DNA of 31,853 bases from Candidatus Thorarchaeota archaeon SMTZ1-45 (GTDB lineage Archaea; Asgardarchaeota; Thorarchaeia; Thorarchaeales; Thorarchaeaceae): contig LRSL01000106.1 in assembly GCA_001563335.1 (NCBI GenBank), positions 1 to 31,853 of the forward strand. The letters run 5' to 3'. A model generated the notes under the pieces. The model was not told where the DNA came from and did no database searches. It saw only the letters and a list, made by a program, of their open reading frames with translations. A program made the translations under genes and the position numbers. Position 1 is the first letter of the stretch. Every line of letters starts with the position of its first letter. Of the stretch, positions 17,091-26,100 are shown piece by piece.

Positions 17091-18233
17091 ATGAAGGTCC
17101 TAGTTCTTGGTTCCGGGCAAATGGGCAAAGGTGCTGCATATGACTTGGTCAAACAGGATAGTATAGAGCAGATAATCCTTGCAGATATTGATACCCAGTG
17201 TGCAGAGTCACTAGCCAAGGAAGTAGGCGATAAAGCTGTGGCTGAAACAGTCGATGCAAAGAACCGAGGTCAATTGGTGAAGATTTTTTCAAAGGTTGAT
17301 TCAGTCATCAGTGCCGTAAGTTATACAGTCAATGTACTGCACACAGAAGTTGCAATTGAAACTGGCACTCATATGTGCGATTTGGGTGGCGGGTGGACTG
17401 TGGTTCAGAAACAACTCGAGATGAATAATCAAGCAAAAGATGCTGGAGTCACCATTGTACCTGATTGTGGACTTGCACCTGGGATGGTCAGTGTTCTCGC
17501 GAGGGAAGGAATCGAATATCTCGATAGAGTTGAAAGCGTAAAGATACGCGTAGGTGGTCTGCAACAAGAACCAAGACCTCCACTCAATTACTCACTTATT
17601 TTCTCAGTAGAAGGACTCATCAACGAGTACATTGAACCCTGTGTTGCTCTTCGGAATGGGAAAATCACTATTGAAGAGCCACTAGTTGGATTCGAAGAGA
17701 TCACATTTCCTGAACCTTTCGGAAAATTAGAGGCATTCAATACAAGTGGAGGTACATCCACACTTCCCCACACTTACAAAGGGAAGGTGAACAACCTTGA
17801 TTACAAGACCATTCGCTATCCTGGTCATGGTCATAAGATGTGGTGCATAATGAAACTAGGTCTAATGGATAGCAATGAAATCGAAATTGATGGAAAGAGG
17901 GTTATTCCCCGTAAAGTCCTTGAGTCCCTTCTTGAAAAGAACTTGCCTCCTTCAGGAAAAGATGTAACCCTCGTTCGTGTGATGATTGAAGGTTGGAAAG
18001 GTACTGAATCAAGAAACATCGAGTATGAATTAATCGACTATTTTGATGATGCCTCCGGACTGACATCAATGATGCGCACCACATCGTTTCCAGCTTCAGT
18101 AACTGCTATGATGATGGCAGATGGTCGAATCTCAAAACGGGGTGTGCTCACTCCAGAGAGATGCATTCCTCCAAAGCTTTTCATTGATGAGCTTCGGACA
18201 AGAGGTATCGACATTAAACACAGGATATTCTAG
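17091..18233 (+). CDS. Saccharopine dehydrogenase / lysine 6-dehydrogenase family oxidoreductase
   Basis: LGSGQMG Rossmann motif, DLGG, DCGLAPG, GLINEY.EP, EAFNTSGG, YKTIRYPGH, MMRTT. Confidence 0.9.
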   Translation: MKVLVLGSGQMGKGAAYDLVKQDSIEQIILADIDTQCAESLAKEVGDKAVAETVDAKNRGQLVKIFSKVDSVISAVSYTVNVLHTEVAIETGTHMCDLGGGWTVVQKQLEMNNQAKDAGVTIVPDCGLAPGMVSVLAREGIEYLDRVESVKIRVGGLQQEPRPPLNYSLIFSVEGLINEYIEPCVALRNGKITIEEPLVGFEEITFPEPFGKLEAFNTSGGTSTLPHTYKGKVNNLDYKTIRYPGHGHKMWCIMKLGLMDSNEIEIDGKRVIPRKVLESLLEKNLPPSGKDVTLVRVMIEGWKGTESRNIEYELIDYFDDASGLTSMMRTTSFPASVTAMMMADGRISKRGVLTPERCIPPKLFIDELRTRGIDIKHRIF

Positions 18234-18345
18234 ATGTATATTCCCCAAAGTCAAAAAATCTTCAAAATTAGAGGAACTCAGTTTCAGAGTCAAATACTAT
18301 AATCTTTATGAATACCACATCAAACTGCATTGAGAGGTTATACTC

Positions 18346-19050
18346 ATGAAAGTCTTGGTTATAAATGGAAGTCCCCGAAAAAACCGTGGATCAACAGGAG
18401 GAATTCTTTCACACTTTGTGGAAGGCATGAAAGAGGCTCATGCTGAAATTGACGTTATTTTTTCCGAAGGTCTAGATTTGGGTGATTGTCGTGGATGTTT
18501 CAATTGTTGGACCTCAACGCCAGGGAAGTGTATCCAAGATGATGAAATGGTTCCAGTGCTTGAAAAAATCGACAATGCAGACATAGTTGTCATTGCCACA
18601 CCCGTTTATGTGGATGGAATGACTGGCTCTCTCAAGACTCTCCTAGACTGGACAATACCGTTACTTCATGGAGCTTTTGAGCTTCGTGATGACCATTGTA
18701 GACACGCGCTAAGAGAGCACGTAAAGCCTGGTAAATTTGCATTGGTGTCTGTCTGTGGATTCACAGAGATGGATAATTTTGACCCTCTCATAACACACGT
18801 TAAAGCAATCAGCAAAAACATGAATCGAGAGTTTCTAGGTTCAGTCCTTCGGCCTTATGCTTGGATATTCGATCCTGCTCAAAAACAAGGTGCTGACATT
18901 GGCGATATTTTGGACGCAGTTAAAGAAGCTGGTCGCCAGTTGGTTTCTAATGGAAAGATGGATCAAGCAACTTTGGCTACAATAGCTCGTGAAATAATCC
19001 CCCGTGATCAAGTCATACAGCTGATGCAGCAATCCTTTGGCGAGAAATAA
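18346..19050 (+). CDS. Iron-sulfur flavoprotein (ISF) / flavodoxin-family protein
   Basis: INGSPRK..ST, CRGCFNCW...GKC...D.M (Cx2Cx2Cx7C), ATPVY. Confidence 0.9.
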   Translation: MKVLVINGSPRKNRGSTGGILSHFVEGMKEAHAEIDVIFSEGLDLGDCRGCFNCWTSTPGKCIQDDEMVPVLEKIDNADIVVIATPVYVDGMTGSLKTLLDWTIPLLHGAFELRDDHCRHALREHVKPGKFALVSVCGFTEMDNFDPLITHVKAISKNMNREFLGSVLRPYAWIFDPAQKQGADIGDILDAVKEAGRQLVSNGKMDQATLATIAREIIPRDQVIQLMQQSFGEK

Positions 19051-19098
19051 TTGCGTAGAAGGAAACCACTATTCAATATACTATTGTTGGTACTAAGT

Positions 19099-20013
19099 AT
19101 GATCAAGGAAATTGAATTCGATAAAATAGATGATATAGCTCCAATTCTCGATCTTTATAGAGAACGTTATGGTGAAAACTCGTTAGCTGAGAATTTTATA
19201 GAGCAAATTAAGACCTCAGTTTCGAATGACAAAACCAGTCTTTTTGGTACATATGACAAGAACGAAATCTTGAAGGGAATTGGATTTTTTGGAAAAGCAA
19301 GTGCTAGGATCTTACTTGTTTTTGCAGATGGTAATATGGATCTTGAAAAGGAACTACTCGGTGCACTCTGCAACCGATTCCAAAAGGAATATTCACACAT
19401 TGCTACTGGTGGGGCTTGGATACCTTGGATATCTGCTCCACTTTCTCAACATCTTATTGAAATTGGTTTTGTAAAATATGACAGAGCTCATATGACACTA
19501 GATAAGAATGCAATTGAGGAATTGGACGAACCTATTCTTCCAGCTGGAATGAGTTTTGAAGTCTATTCTAGGTCAAACCGTAATGAGATATCTGAGTTAA
19601 TTTTCAGGGGCAACGATGGGAGTGTGGATCAAGATGTATTTCCGGATTTCTTTGGCTCTCTAGAGAATTGCATGAAAATGGTTGAAGATATTGAGGGAGA
19701 TAGATATGGTGAATACAAAGATGGTTCATCTTGGATTTTGAGGTTTGATTGTGTTATTATTGGCGCTTGCTTTATGACTTGCATGGATGGAGCCACTGGA
19801 TATATTCCTGATATTGTAATAGAACCTGAACATCGTGGCAAAGGATTAGGAAGAGCACTCCTTATTCATTCAATGAAGCGACAGATTGAATCTAATACAA
19901 CCATATGTAAGACTGATCTTGATGTCACGTTTAGTAATACTGCTCGATATCTATACGAGTCGCTTGGATTCTCAACTGTCGAAGAATATGCGATGTATAC
20001 TTTAAAGAGCTAA
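19099..20013 (+). CDS. GNAT acetyltransferase (tandem-domain size), copy 1
   Basis: PEHRGKGLGRALL motif A, N.ARYLYESLGF; ATG at 19099 preferred over TTG at 19051. Confidence 0.85.
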   Translation: MIKEIEFDKIDDIAPILDLYRERYGENSLAENFIEQIKTSVSNDKTSLFGTYDKNEILKGIGFFGKASARILLVFADGNMDLEKELLGALCNRFQKEYSHIATGGAWIPWISAPLSQHLIEIGFVKYDRAHMTLDKNAIEELDEPILPAGMSFEVYSRSNRNEISELIFRGNDGSVDQDVFPDFFGSLENCMKMVEDIEGDRYGEYKDGSSWILRFDCVIIGACFMTCMDGATGYIPDIVIEPEHRGKGLGRALLIHSMKRQIESNTTICKTDLDVTFSNTARYLYESLGFSTVEEYAMYTLKS

Positions 20014-20054
20014 TTTAGGAATCATTGATTTAGGGGACGGACATTGGGAGTAGC

Positions 20055-20978
20055 ATGGCACGAGTGCTCATTGCAGAGGATCTTGATGAATTTGACCTTT
20101 TGATACAGCAATACATCAATCACATTGCAGACCCACAGCTCACAGTAGAGAAACTCAAGCAACAATTAAAGCAATCAATGGAAAAAGATTCTAGATATGT
20201 TCTAGGTGCTTATGACCAAGATAACAAGGCACTTGGTTTACTAATACACAACCCAAACTTCAATCGCTCGTCACTCATTTTTGCCAATTCTGATTTCTTA
20301 GTCGAGAAAGATCTATTCGACAAGATGTTTGGAGAATTCTCAGGAATATCACCAACCATCATTCTTGATTCAGGATATCCCAAACCTTGGATTTCGTCTG
20401 AATTTTCAGAGTATGCTATTTCATTGGGATTCAAGAAACATGACCGACGCTTCATGATACTGGAACGACTTGAATCAATGGTTTATCATGATCTGCCTGA
20501 AGGATTTCATTTCACTCCCTTTTCAGAATTGGAAATTGAAGATGTGACTAAAATGGTATTCCAAAGTGTTGATGGTTCCACAGATCAAGACCTCTTCCCC
20601 TATGTCTATGGTTCTTTTGACACTACTTTAAGATTCCATAAGCGAGTCATTGCAGGTGATTTTGGAATTCACAAGCCATCATTTTCATGGATTCTGAAAA
20701 GAGGTGATGATTGCATTGGTGCTTGTTTCATAACCACGAGTGGAGAATATACAGGACATTTGATGCATCTAGCTATATTACCAGATTTTAGACAAAGAGG
20801 TCTGGGCAAGAATCTACTTCTTCATTCACTTCATAATCTGTTCGTAGTAGAACCAAATCTAAAGAAGGTTGACCTTGCTGTAACTCTAGATAATCCTGCT
20901 AGACATCTATACAAATCAATAGGATTTAAGAGAGTAAATGATATGTCAACATTTGTCTGGAAGAAGCAAAATCAATAA
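20055..20978 (+). CDS. GNAT acetyltransferase (tandem-domain size), copy 2
   Basis: PDFRQRGLGKNLL, NPARHLYKSIGF; shares DGS.DQD.FP, SWIL and IGACF with copy 1. Confidence 0.87.
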   Translation: MARVLIAEDLDEFDLLIQQYINHIADPQLTVEKLKQQLKQSMEKDSRYVLGAYDQDNKALGLLIHNPNFNRSSLIFANSDFLVEKDLFDKMFGEFSGISPTIILDSGYPKPWISSEFSEYAISLGFKKHDRRFMILERLESMVYHDLPEGFHFTPFSELEIEDVTKMVFQSVDGSTDQDLFPYVYGSFDTTLRFHKRVIAGDFGIHKPSFSWILKRGDDCIGACFITTSGEYTGHLMHLAILPDFRQRGLGKNLLLHSLHNLFVVEPNLKKVDLAVTLDNPARHLYKSIGFKRVNDMSTFVWKKQNQ

Positions 20979-20987
20979 TATAGTCAC

Positions 20988-21015
20988 AATAATGTATACA
21001 TAATAATGTATATAT
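20988..21015. promoter_or_regulatory. Tandem 14-bp repeat containing the palindrome ATGTATACAT; putative operator
   Basis: AATAATGTATACAT (20988-21001) and AATAATGTATATAT (21002-21015), upstream of an HTH gene. Confidence 0.5.
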
Positions 21016-21047
21016 TCTTCTTTGTATCTTAATATATTTGAACAGAG

Positions 21048-21332
21048 ATGAAGCTCCCACTTACTGCCTCTCGTGTTGATCTAGGTCAAGCAATGACTGC
21101 AGTTCTTCAAGTGTTAAAGAATAAACCATCAATGTCAATTGCAGGGATATCCAAAGCTACTGGAATCGATCGTAGAACTGTTGGAAAGGCTGTGGATTTA
21201 ATTCTGAATGTACAGAAGAACTTGGTCACTCAGAAGATAGAGAAGGAGAAAGTAGGGAAGGCTTGGGTCATCTCTCTAAAGAAGAAAACATCAGATCTCA
21301 TCGGTACTGCAAAAGGAAAGATCAGACGGTGA
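21048..21332 (+). CDS. Small basic winged helix-turn-helix DNA-binding protein
   Basis: MSIAGISKATGIDRRTVGKAVDLI HTH followed by a beta-wing (EKVGKAWVISL); Lys-rich. Confidence 0.75.
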   Translation: MKLPLTASRVDLGQAMTAVLQVLKNKPSMSIAGISKATGIDRRTVGKAVDLILNVQKNLVTQKIEKEKVGKAWVISLKKKTSDLIGTAKGKIRR

Positions 21333-21341
21333 TAGCTAGAG

Positions 21342-21872
21342 ATGTCATTGAGAATCAAAAACTTCTTCCTCTTAGTGATGTTTGTAATTCTCGCAAGCAT
21401 TACTTCGAATATATTGTGGGAATCTTTTAGCTGGCGGATACTTCCACAAATATTATTGATTATTATTATCACATTTATTGGTGAGCATCTAGTTTCTTCA
21501 CAAGGATACTATCACTATACTAAGCAAGATACAAATGGTCCATTTCTTAGAAATGTGCCAGTTTGGATTCTATTCCTCTGGGTTTTCTCAATCCAAGCAA
21601 GCCTTCTGATTTCATTAGGTTTGGGGATGGATATTATTCATGCATGTATAATGTCCGGTTGGTTGGCATCCATTTTTGATTTCCTTTTGTTAGAACCTTT
21701 TATGAGTCAGATGATGGAACTCTGGCGGTGGACTCCGGTGGAAAATGGCTATTTTGGTTTCATCCCTACACGATTCAATCGTTTTACTGCACCACTTGGA
21801 AATTACATCACTTGGCTTCTGTTTCCTCTATTGGCAAACTGCTTCCTTGGGATTATGATATTACTATTGTAG
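21342..21872 (+). CDS. CruF-like / carotenoid-biosynthesis (DUF422-type) integral membrane protein
   Basis: E......G.Y.Y...GP....VP.WI...W, D....EP......LW.W and P.GNY..W motifs in a multi-TM protein. Confidence 0.7.
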   Translation: MSLRIKNFFLLVMFVILASITSNILWESFSWRILPQILLIIIITFIGEHLVSSQGYYHYTKQDTNGPFLRNVPVWILFLWVFSIQASLLISLGLGMDIIHACIMSGWLASIFDFLLLEPFMSQMMELWRWTPVENGYFGFIPTRFNRFTAPLGNYITWLLFPLLANCFLGIMILLL

Positions 21873-21910
21873 TGGAATCATTAATCTAGCTGAGTGAGGA
21901 GTCACGTAAT

Positions 21911-23143
21911 GTGGATGCCATGGGAAAGTACAACAGGATTTTCTTAAAAATTCTTGATGCTCGAGATGTTCTTCATGGGATAAAACATGTTACACGGCTT
22001 GATCACACTTCTACTTTTAGCAGAATCACTGGTGGAGATGTATATCTAAAACTAGAAAATCTCCAGAAGACTGGTTCGTTCAAAGTTCGAGGTGCTGCTT
22101 ATGCTATGTCTCAACTTACAGATAAAGAGAAAGAAGCAGGCGTAATAGCAGCCTCAGCAGGTAATCATGCTCAGGGAACAGCATATGCAGCAACAAGGTT
22201 AGGAATAAAGTCAACCATTGTCATGCCAGTTTTTTCACCAGTGGCAAAGATACAGGCCACGGAAGGTTATGGTGCCAATGTTCTTCTTCATGGTGCTGTC
22301 TTCGATGATGCTTTAGTCCATGCAAGGGAATTGGCAGAAAAGACAGGTGCAACATTTCTCCACCCATTCAATGATGAGAATGTTATTGCAGGTCAAGGAA
22401 CGATAGGACTCGAAATTCTTAATGAGTGTCCAGATGTCGATGTCATTGCAGTACCAGTTGGTGGTGGAGGACTTGTGTCAGGTATAGGCATTGCAGTCAA
22501 GGAGCAGCGGCCTGAGGTTGAAGTGTACGGAGTAGAGGCGGCTTCTGCTGCATCAATGAAAGCATCAATTGAAGCAGGCAGAATCGTTAATGTTCAAAAT
22601 TTGGACACAGTATGTGATGGTATTGCTGTAAAGAGACCGGGTAGAATTACATTCAAGATTGCCAAGGATTTGCTCGCGGGTGTTGTAGCAGTGGAAGAAT
22701 TAGAAGTAACTCGAACTCTGTTCATGCTATTAGAACGGGCAAAGATAGTTGTAGAACCAGCTGGGTGTGTGGGTCTTGCAGCATATCAACATGGGAAAAT
22801 CGATATCAAAGGCAAGAAAGCCGTTGCAGTCCTATCAGGGGGTAACATCGATATGTCTTTCCTCTCACGTGTCGTAGAGAAAGAGTTATTCAGATTAGGT
22901 CGGTCTGTAAGGGTTCGAGGTTCAATTCTCGATCGTGTGGGGAGTATGAACAATGTGCTTAGTATCGTTGCTCAATCTGGTGTAAGTGTGATTGAGATTA
23001 ATCAAGACCGATTTGATCCTGATATTCCACCAAATAGAGCAGAGCTTGAGATGATCCTTGAAGTCCCTGATGACAAAGCTGTGAAGCGAATGTTGAAAAT
23101 GCTTAGCGAAAAAGGTCTAGCCTTCAGAGTTGTTGAAGATTGA
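21911..23143 (+). CDS. ilvA: Threonine ammonia-lyase (dehydratase) with one C-terminal ACT domain
   Basis: KLENLQKTGSFKVRGA PLP lysine, ASAGNHAQG, VGGGGL, EPAG, LSGGNID; ACT-like DRVGSM. Confidence 0.93.
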   Translation: MDAMGKYNRIFLKILDARDVLHGIKHVTRLDHTSTFSRITGGDVYLKLENLQKTGSFKVRGAAYAMSQLTDKEKEAGVIAASAGNHAQGTAYAATRLGIKSTIVMPVFSPVAKIQATEGYGANVLLHGAVFDDALVHARELAEKTGATFLHPFNDENVIAGQGTIGLEILNECPDVDVIAVPVGGGGLVSGIGIAVKEQRPEVEVYGVEAASAASMKASIEAGRIVNVQNLDTVCDGIAVKRPGRITFKIAKDLLAGVVAVEELEVTRTLFMLLERAKIVVEPAGCVGLAAYQHGKIDIKGKKAVAVLSGGNIDMSFLSRVVEKELFRLGRSVRVRGSILDRVGSMNNVLSIVAQSGVSVIEINQDRFDPDIPPNRAELEMILEVPDDKAVKRMLKMLSEKGLAFRVVED

Positions 23144-23165
23144 CCATCAGCAAGTATGCACTTCA

Positions 23166-24965
23166 CTAAATGATAGGTACAGTCGCCACCACAACCAATG
23201 AGAGTATGAACGCACCTATAATAATAGCTGACCATGTACTCTCAAACTCTAGTGATGCCCAAGTTGTAATTACAGCTGTCAATATTTGAACTATCAGAAT
23301 ACGCACCCAGATCACACCTAGGAGGACTATCCTTCCAGATGAAACACCAACCGCAGTAGTTCCGAAGATTATTATGACAGTCAATAAAGCCACAATAGCA
23401 AATTTGGAGAAGATGGCAAATAACATCGAGAAGGTTTTTTGATAGCGGCTAGGCCACTCTCTTCTAGTCAATAATAGACCTCGAATCCAACTAGCCTCAA
23501 CAAGAAGAAAAGGTACTGTTAGTATCATGAGAATGATTGTATTGACAAATCGAATCCCGTTTGGCCACTTAATTAAGACAAGTATAATTCCAGGTTGGAT
23601 GAATCCTGCGTTTTCGGCTAAACTCAACCAGATAAGTAACCACGCAATCCCAACTCCAGAAGAAATCAGACTCTTCAGAATATCATAAATGTGATACTTG
23701 TTTCTGAAACTCTCAATGCCTACTGATGAGATTGACTTTCTAGTTTCTTTTTGCCCTATTGTAAGAAGCATTATGATTAGGAGAACAAATGGTGCTAGGA
23801 CAAGAAATAGAATGTAACCTGTTATAGACATCAAATTCAAACAAGACATTCCAATATCCTCAAGGTTGAGTCCCACTAACGAAGCTCCAACAAAGGTGAT
23901 GACAGTAAAAGCTCCTAATAATGAACTGATTCCGAATGTTCTTTGCAAACTGTAGGACTGAATATCCATAGGAATTCGACGAGGTTTAAGTTTCTCTGGT
24001 AGGAGAATGTTCACTAACCACATCACTGGTATGACTGAGACCAGGATGAAGATTGAACCGGAAATCATTGCGATGTTTTTGCCAAAATATACTTGTTCAG
24101 TAGGGTTTCGAGTATACAATATTTGCTCTTCACCTTGAACTCCTTTGACCAGCCACGAAACAGTTTCATTTACTAAAAAGCTATCAACAACCTCAAAGAC
24201 ATGATTTGATGGACCAAACACAAGCCTGTAGGCAGTTCCATTATCTAGCGATCCATAGGTGACTCCGGCGATGGCTGAATCATTACCTGTAGCCACACGG
24301 ATTGCATTAATGGCATCTTGATTACTAACTATTTCATCGAAAGAACCAACTGCAAAGAGAAGATTTTGGGGAAACTCAACAAACTCGTCTTGATTTAGCT
24401 TACCAACATCTCCAATTGCCGCATATGCTTCTGGTGGAATTACGAAGTCTTTCAGTTCGATTGCCACTCGAAATCCAAGAGAATGAGTAAGCACTCCATA
24501 GCTTTCATTATCAACGCTCGTATAAGTGGTTTGAATATACCGAACTGCTGCATAGGCGTCCTGTGCCATTGTAGTAAAATCGGTAATATCAAACGCTAGA
24601 TTTGAGTCTCCATGACCTGGTAGATCGATGGATACAACAGTGAAGTTACGTCGCGCAAGTTCAACATTGAATGCGTATAATCCCTCCTTAGAACCTGTTA
24701 GTCCATGAATAGTGAGTATTGCTGGCATAGGCTCGTAATGGTTAGCTGTCCTTGGTGAAAAAACAAGAAATTCAACTGTCCGTCCTGGAGAGCTTTCTAT
24801 CGACATCTGCTCTACAGAAACCTCTCCCAACCCCCTATCTACAGCCCATGACACGTAGAAGGAAGACGCAATCAGGATGGATAAGATAAGGATGGTGAAG
24901 TAGAGCGGCGGTCTTTCCATGAAGTTCACCGTTTCAATGGAATCAAAACCAGCTCTCTTTGTCAT
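23166..24965 (-). CDS. Membrane-anchored alpha/beta hydrolase fused to a C-terminal multi-TM domain
   Basis: IHG, SIDLPGHGDS, THSLG nucleophile elbow, DEIV Asp, NHVFE His; N-terminal TM plus about 8 C-terminal TMs; start may be ATG at 24920. Confidence 0.8.
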   Translation of the reverse strand: MTKRAGFDSIETVNFMERPPLYFTILILSILIASSFYVSWAVDRGLGEVSVEQMSIESSPGRTVEFLVFSPRTANHYEPMPAILTIHGLTGSKEGLYAFNVELARRNFTVVSIDLPGHGDSNLAFDITDFTTMAQDAYAAVRYIQTTYTSVDNESYGVLTHSLGFRVAIELKDFVIPPEAYAAIGDVGKLNQDEFVEFPQNLLFAVGSFDEIVSNQDAINAIRVATGNDSAIAGVTYGSLDNGTAYRLVFGPSNHVFEVVDSFLVNETVSWLVKGVQGEEQILYTRNPTEQVYFGKNIAMISGSIFILVSVIPVMWLVNILLPEKLKPRRIPMDIQSYSLQRTFGISSLLGAFTVITFVGASLVGLNLEDIGMSCLNLMSITGYILFLVLAPFVLLIIMLLTIGQKETRKSISSVGIESFRNKYHIYDILKSLISSGVGIAWLLIWLSLAENAGFIQPGIILVLIKWPNGIRFVNTIILMILTVPFLLVEASWIRGLLLTRREWPSRYQKTFSMLFAIFSKFAIVALLTVIIIFGTTAVGVSSGRIVLLGVIWVRILIVQILTAVITTWASLEFESTWSAIIIGAFILSLVVVATVPII

Positions 24966-24988
24966 AAAGGTGACGATGGCTGTGAAGT

Positions 24989-25942
24989 CTAGTACTTGAC
25001 TCCAAGCTTCTTTGAGAGTTTCTCCAACATATCCTTAGTCATCGCAGCCAAATCATAATCAGGCTTCCAGCCCCATTCTTCTCGAGCCGCACTGTCATCA
25101 AGAGATGCTGGCCATGTTTCAGCAATTTGTTGTCTGAAATCAGGTTCGTAAGTTATTTCAAACTCAGGTATATGCTTCATTATTTCAGCAGCAATCTCCT
25201 CTGGTGCAAAGCTCATGGCTGTGATGTTGAAACTCCTATGCTTCAATATACTTGCATCAGCTTCAATCAGGTCTATGGTGCACTTTAGACAGTCAGGCAT
25301 GTACATCATAGGAAGATAGGTTCCTTTATCGAGGAAGGATGTGTATCTCTTATTCTTGAGGGCTTCATAGAAGATTTCAACTGCATAGTCAGTTGTGCCC
25401 CCACCAGGGAGTGTTTCCGAGCTGATAATCCCCGGGTATCGTAATGAACGGAAATCAACCCCATATCGCCTAAAGTAGTACTCTCCCCAAAGTTCGATGA
25501 AGATCTTTGAAATGCCATATGCTGTTATTGGTCGCATGATGACATCATTGGGTGTATTTTCTTTAGGAGTGTTTGGTCCAAATGCGGCAATAGAACTAGG
25601 AATCATGACTTGGTCGAGGTGAAGAATCCTTACTGCTTCAAGGACATTGTATGAACCTTCGATATTGGTTCTATAGGCAAGTTGTGGATCTTTCTCACCT
25701 GTTCCAGAAAGAATTGATGCATTGTGAATCACAATGTCAATATCATTATCAACGAGCATTGCATGTAGCTGATTCTCATCAAGCACATCAAGTTGCAAAT
25801 AAGGTCCATCTCTCTTGAGAATCTCAGGAGGCTTTTTCCTTCCAGTGGCAACAACATTTTCACCACCATACCTTTCTCTTAAAGCACCAATAAGCTCAGT
25901 TCCAATTTGACCATAACTACCAGTCACCAATATCCGTTTCAT
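24989..25942 (-). CDS. tdh: L-threonine 3-dehydrogenase (SDR / GalE-like type)
   Basis: TGSYGQIG, SILSG.GE, PSSIAAFG, YGISK, LRYPG, PGGGTTDYAV, LPMMYMPD, RQ.IA.TWP; GAGGA before ATG 25942. Confidence 0.9.
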   Translation of the reverse strand: MKRILVTGSYGQIGTELIGALRERYGGENVVATGRKKPPEILKRDGPYLQLDVLDENQLHAMLVDNDIDIVIHNASILSGTGEKDPQLAYRTNIEGSYNVLEAVRILHLDQVMIPSSIAAFGPNTPKENTPNDVIMRPITAYGISKIFIELWGEYYFRRYGVDFRSLRYPGIISSETLPGGGTTDYAVEIFYEALKNKRYTSFLDKGTYLPMMYMPDCLKCTIDLIEADASILKHRSFNITAMSFAPEEIAAEIMKHIPEFEITYEPDFRQQIAETWPASLDDSAAREEWGWKPDYDLAAMTKDMLEKLSKKLGVKY

Positions 25943-26100
25943 TCTATCAATCCTCAAGAGATGATGTGACTTGATGCTTTGGCCAAGATGTCCCCGTATT
26001 AAGTGTTGACCTCATTGTTTGAATCCTGATTATTTTCTGCTATCATAAATATGAAATGTAAACTGAGCTATACTAAAGCGTCTGAGGAGCGGGTAGTAAC

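Noticed and set aside
19051-19098. TTG start directly after the ISF stop, suggesting a fusion or readthrough
   Set aside because: The stop is TAA; alignment with the second GNAT favours ATG at 19099
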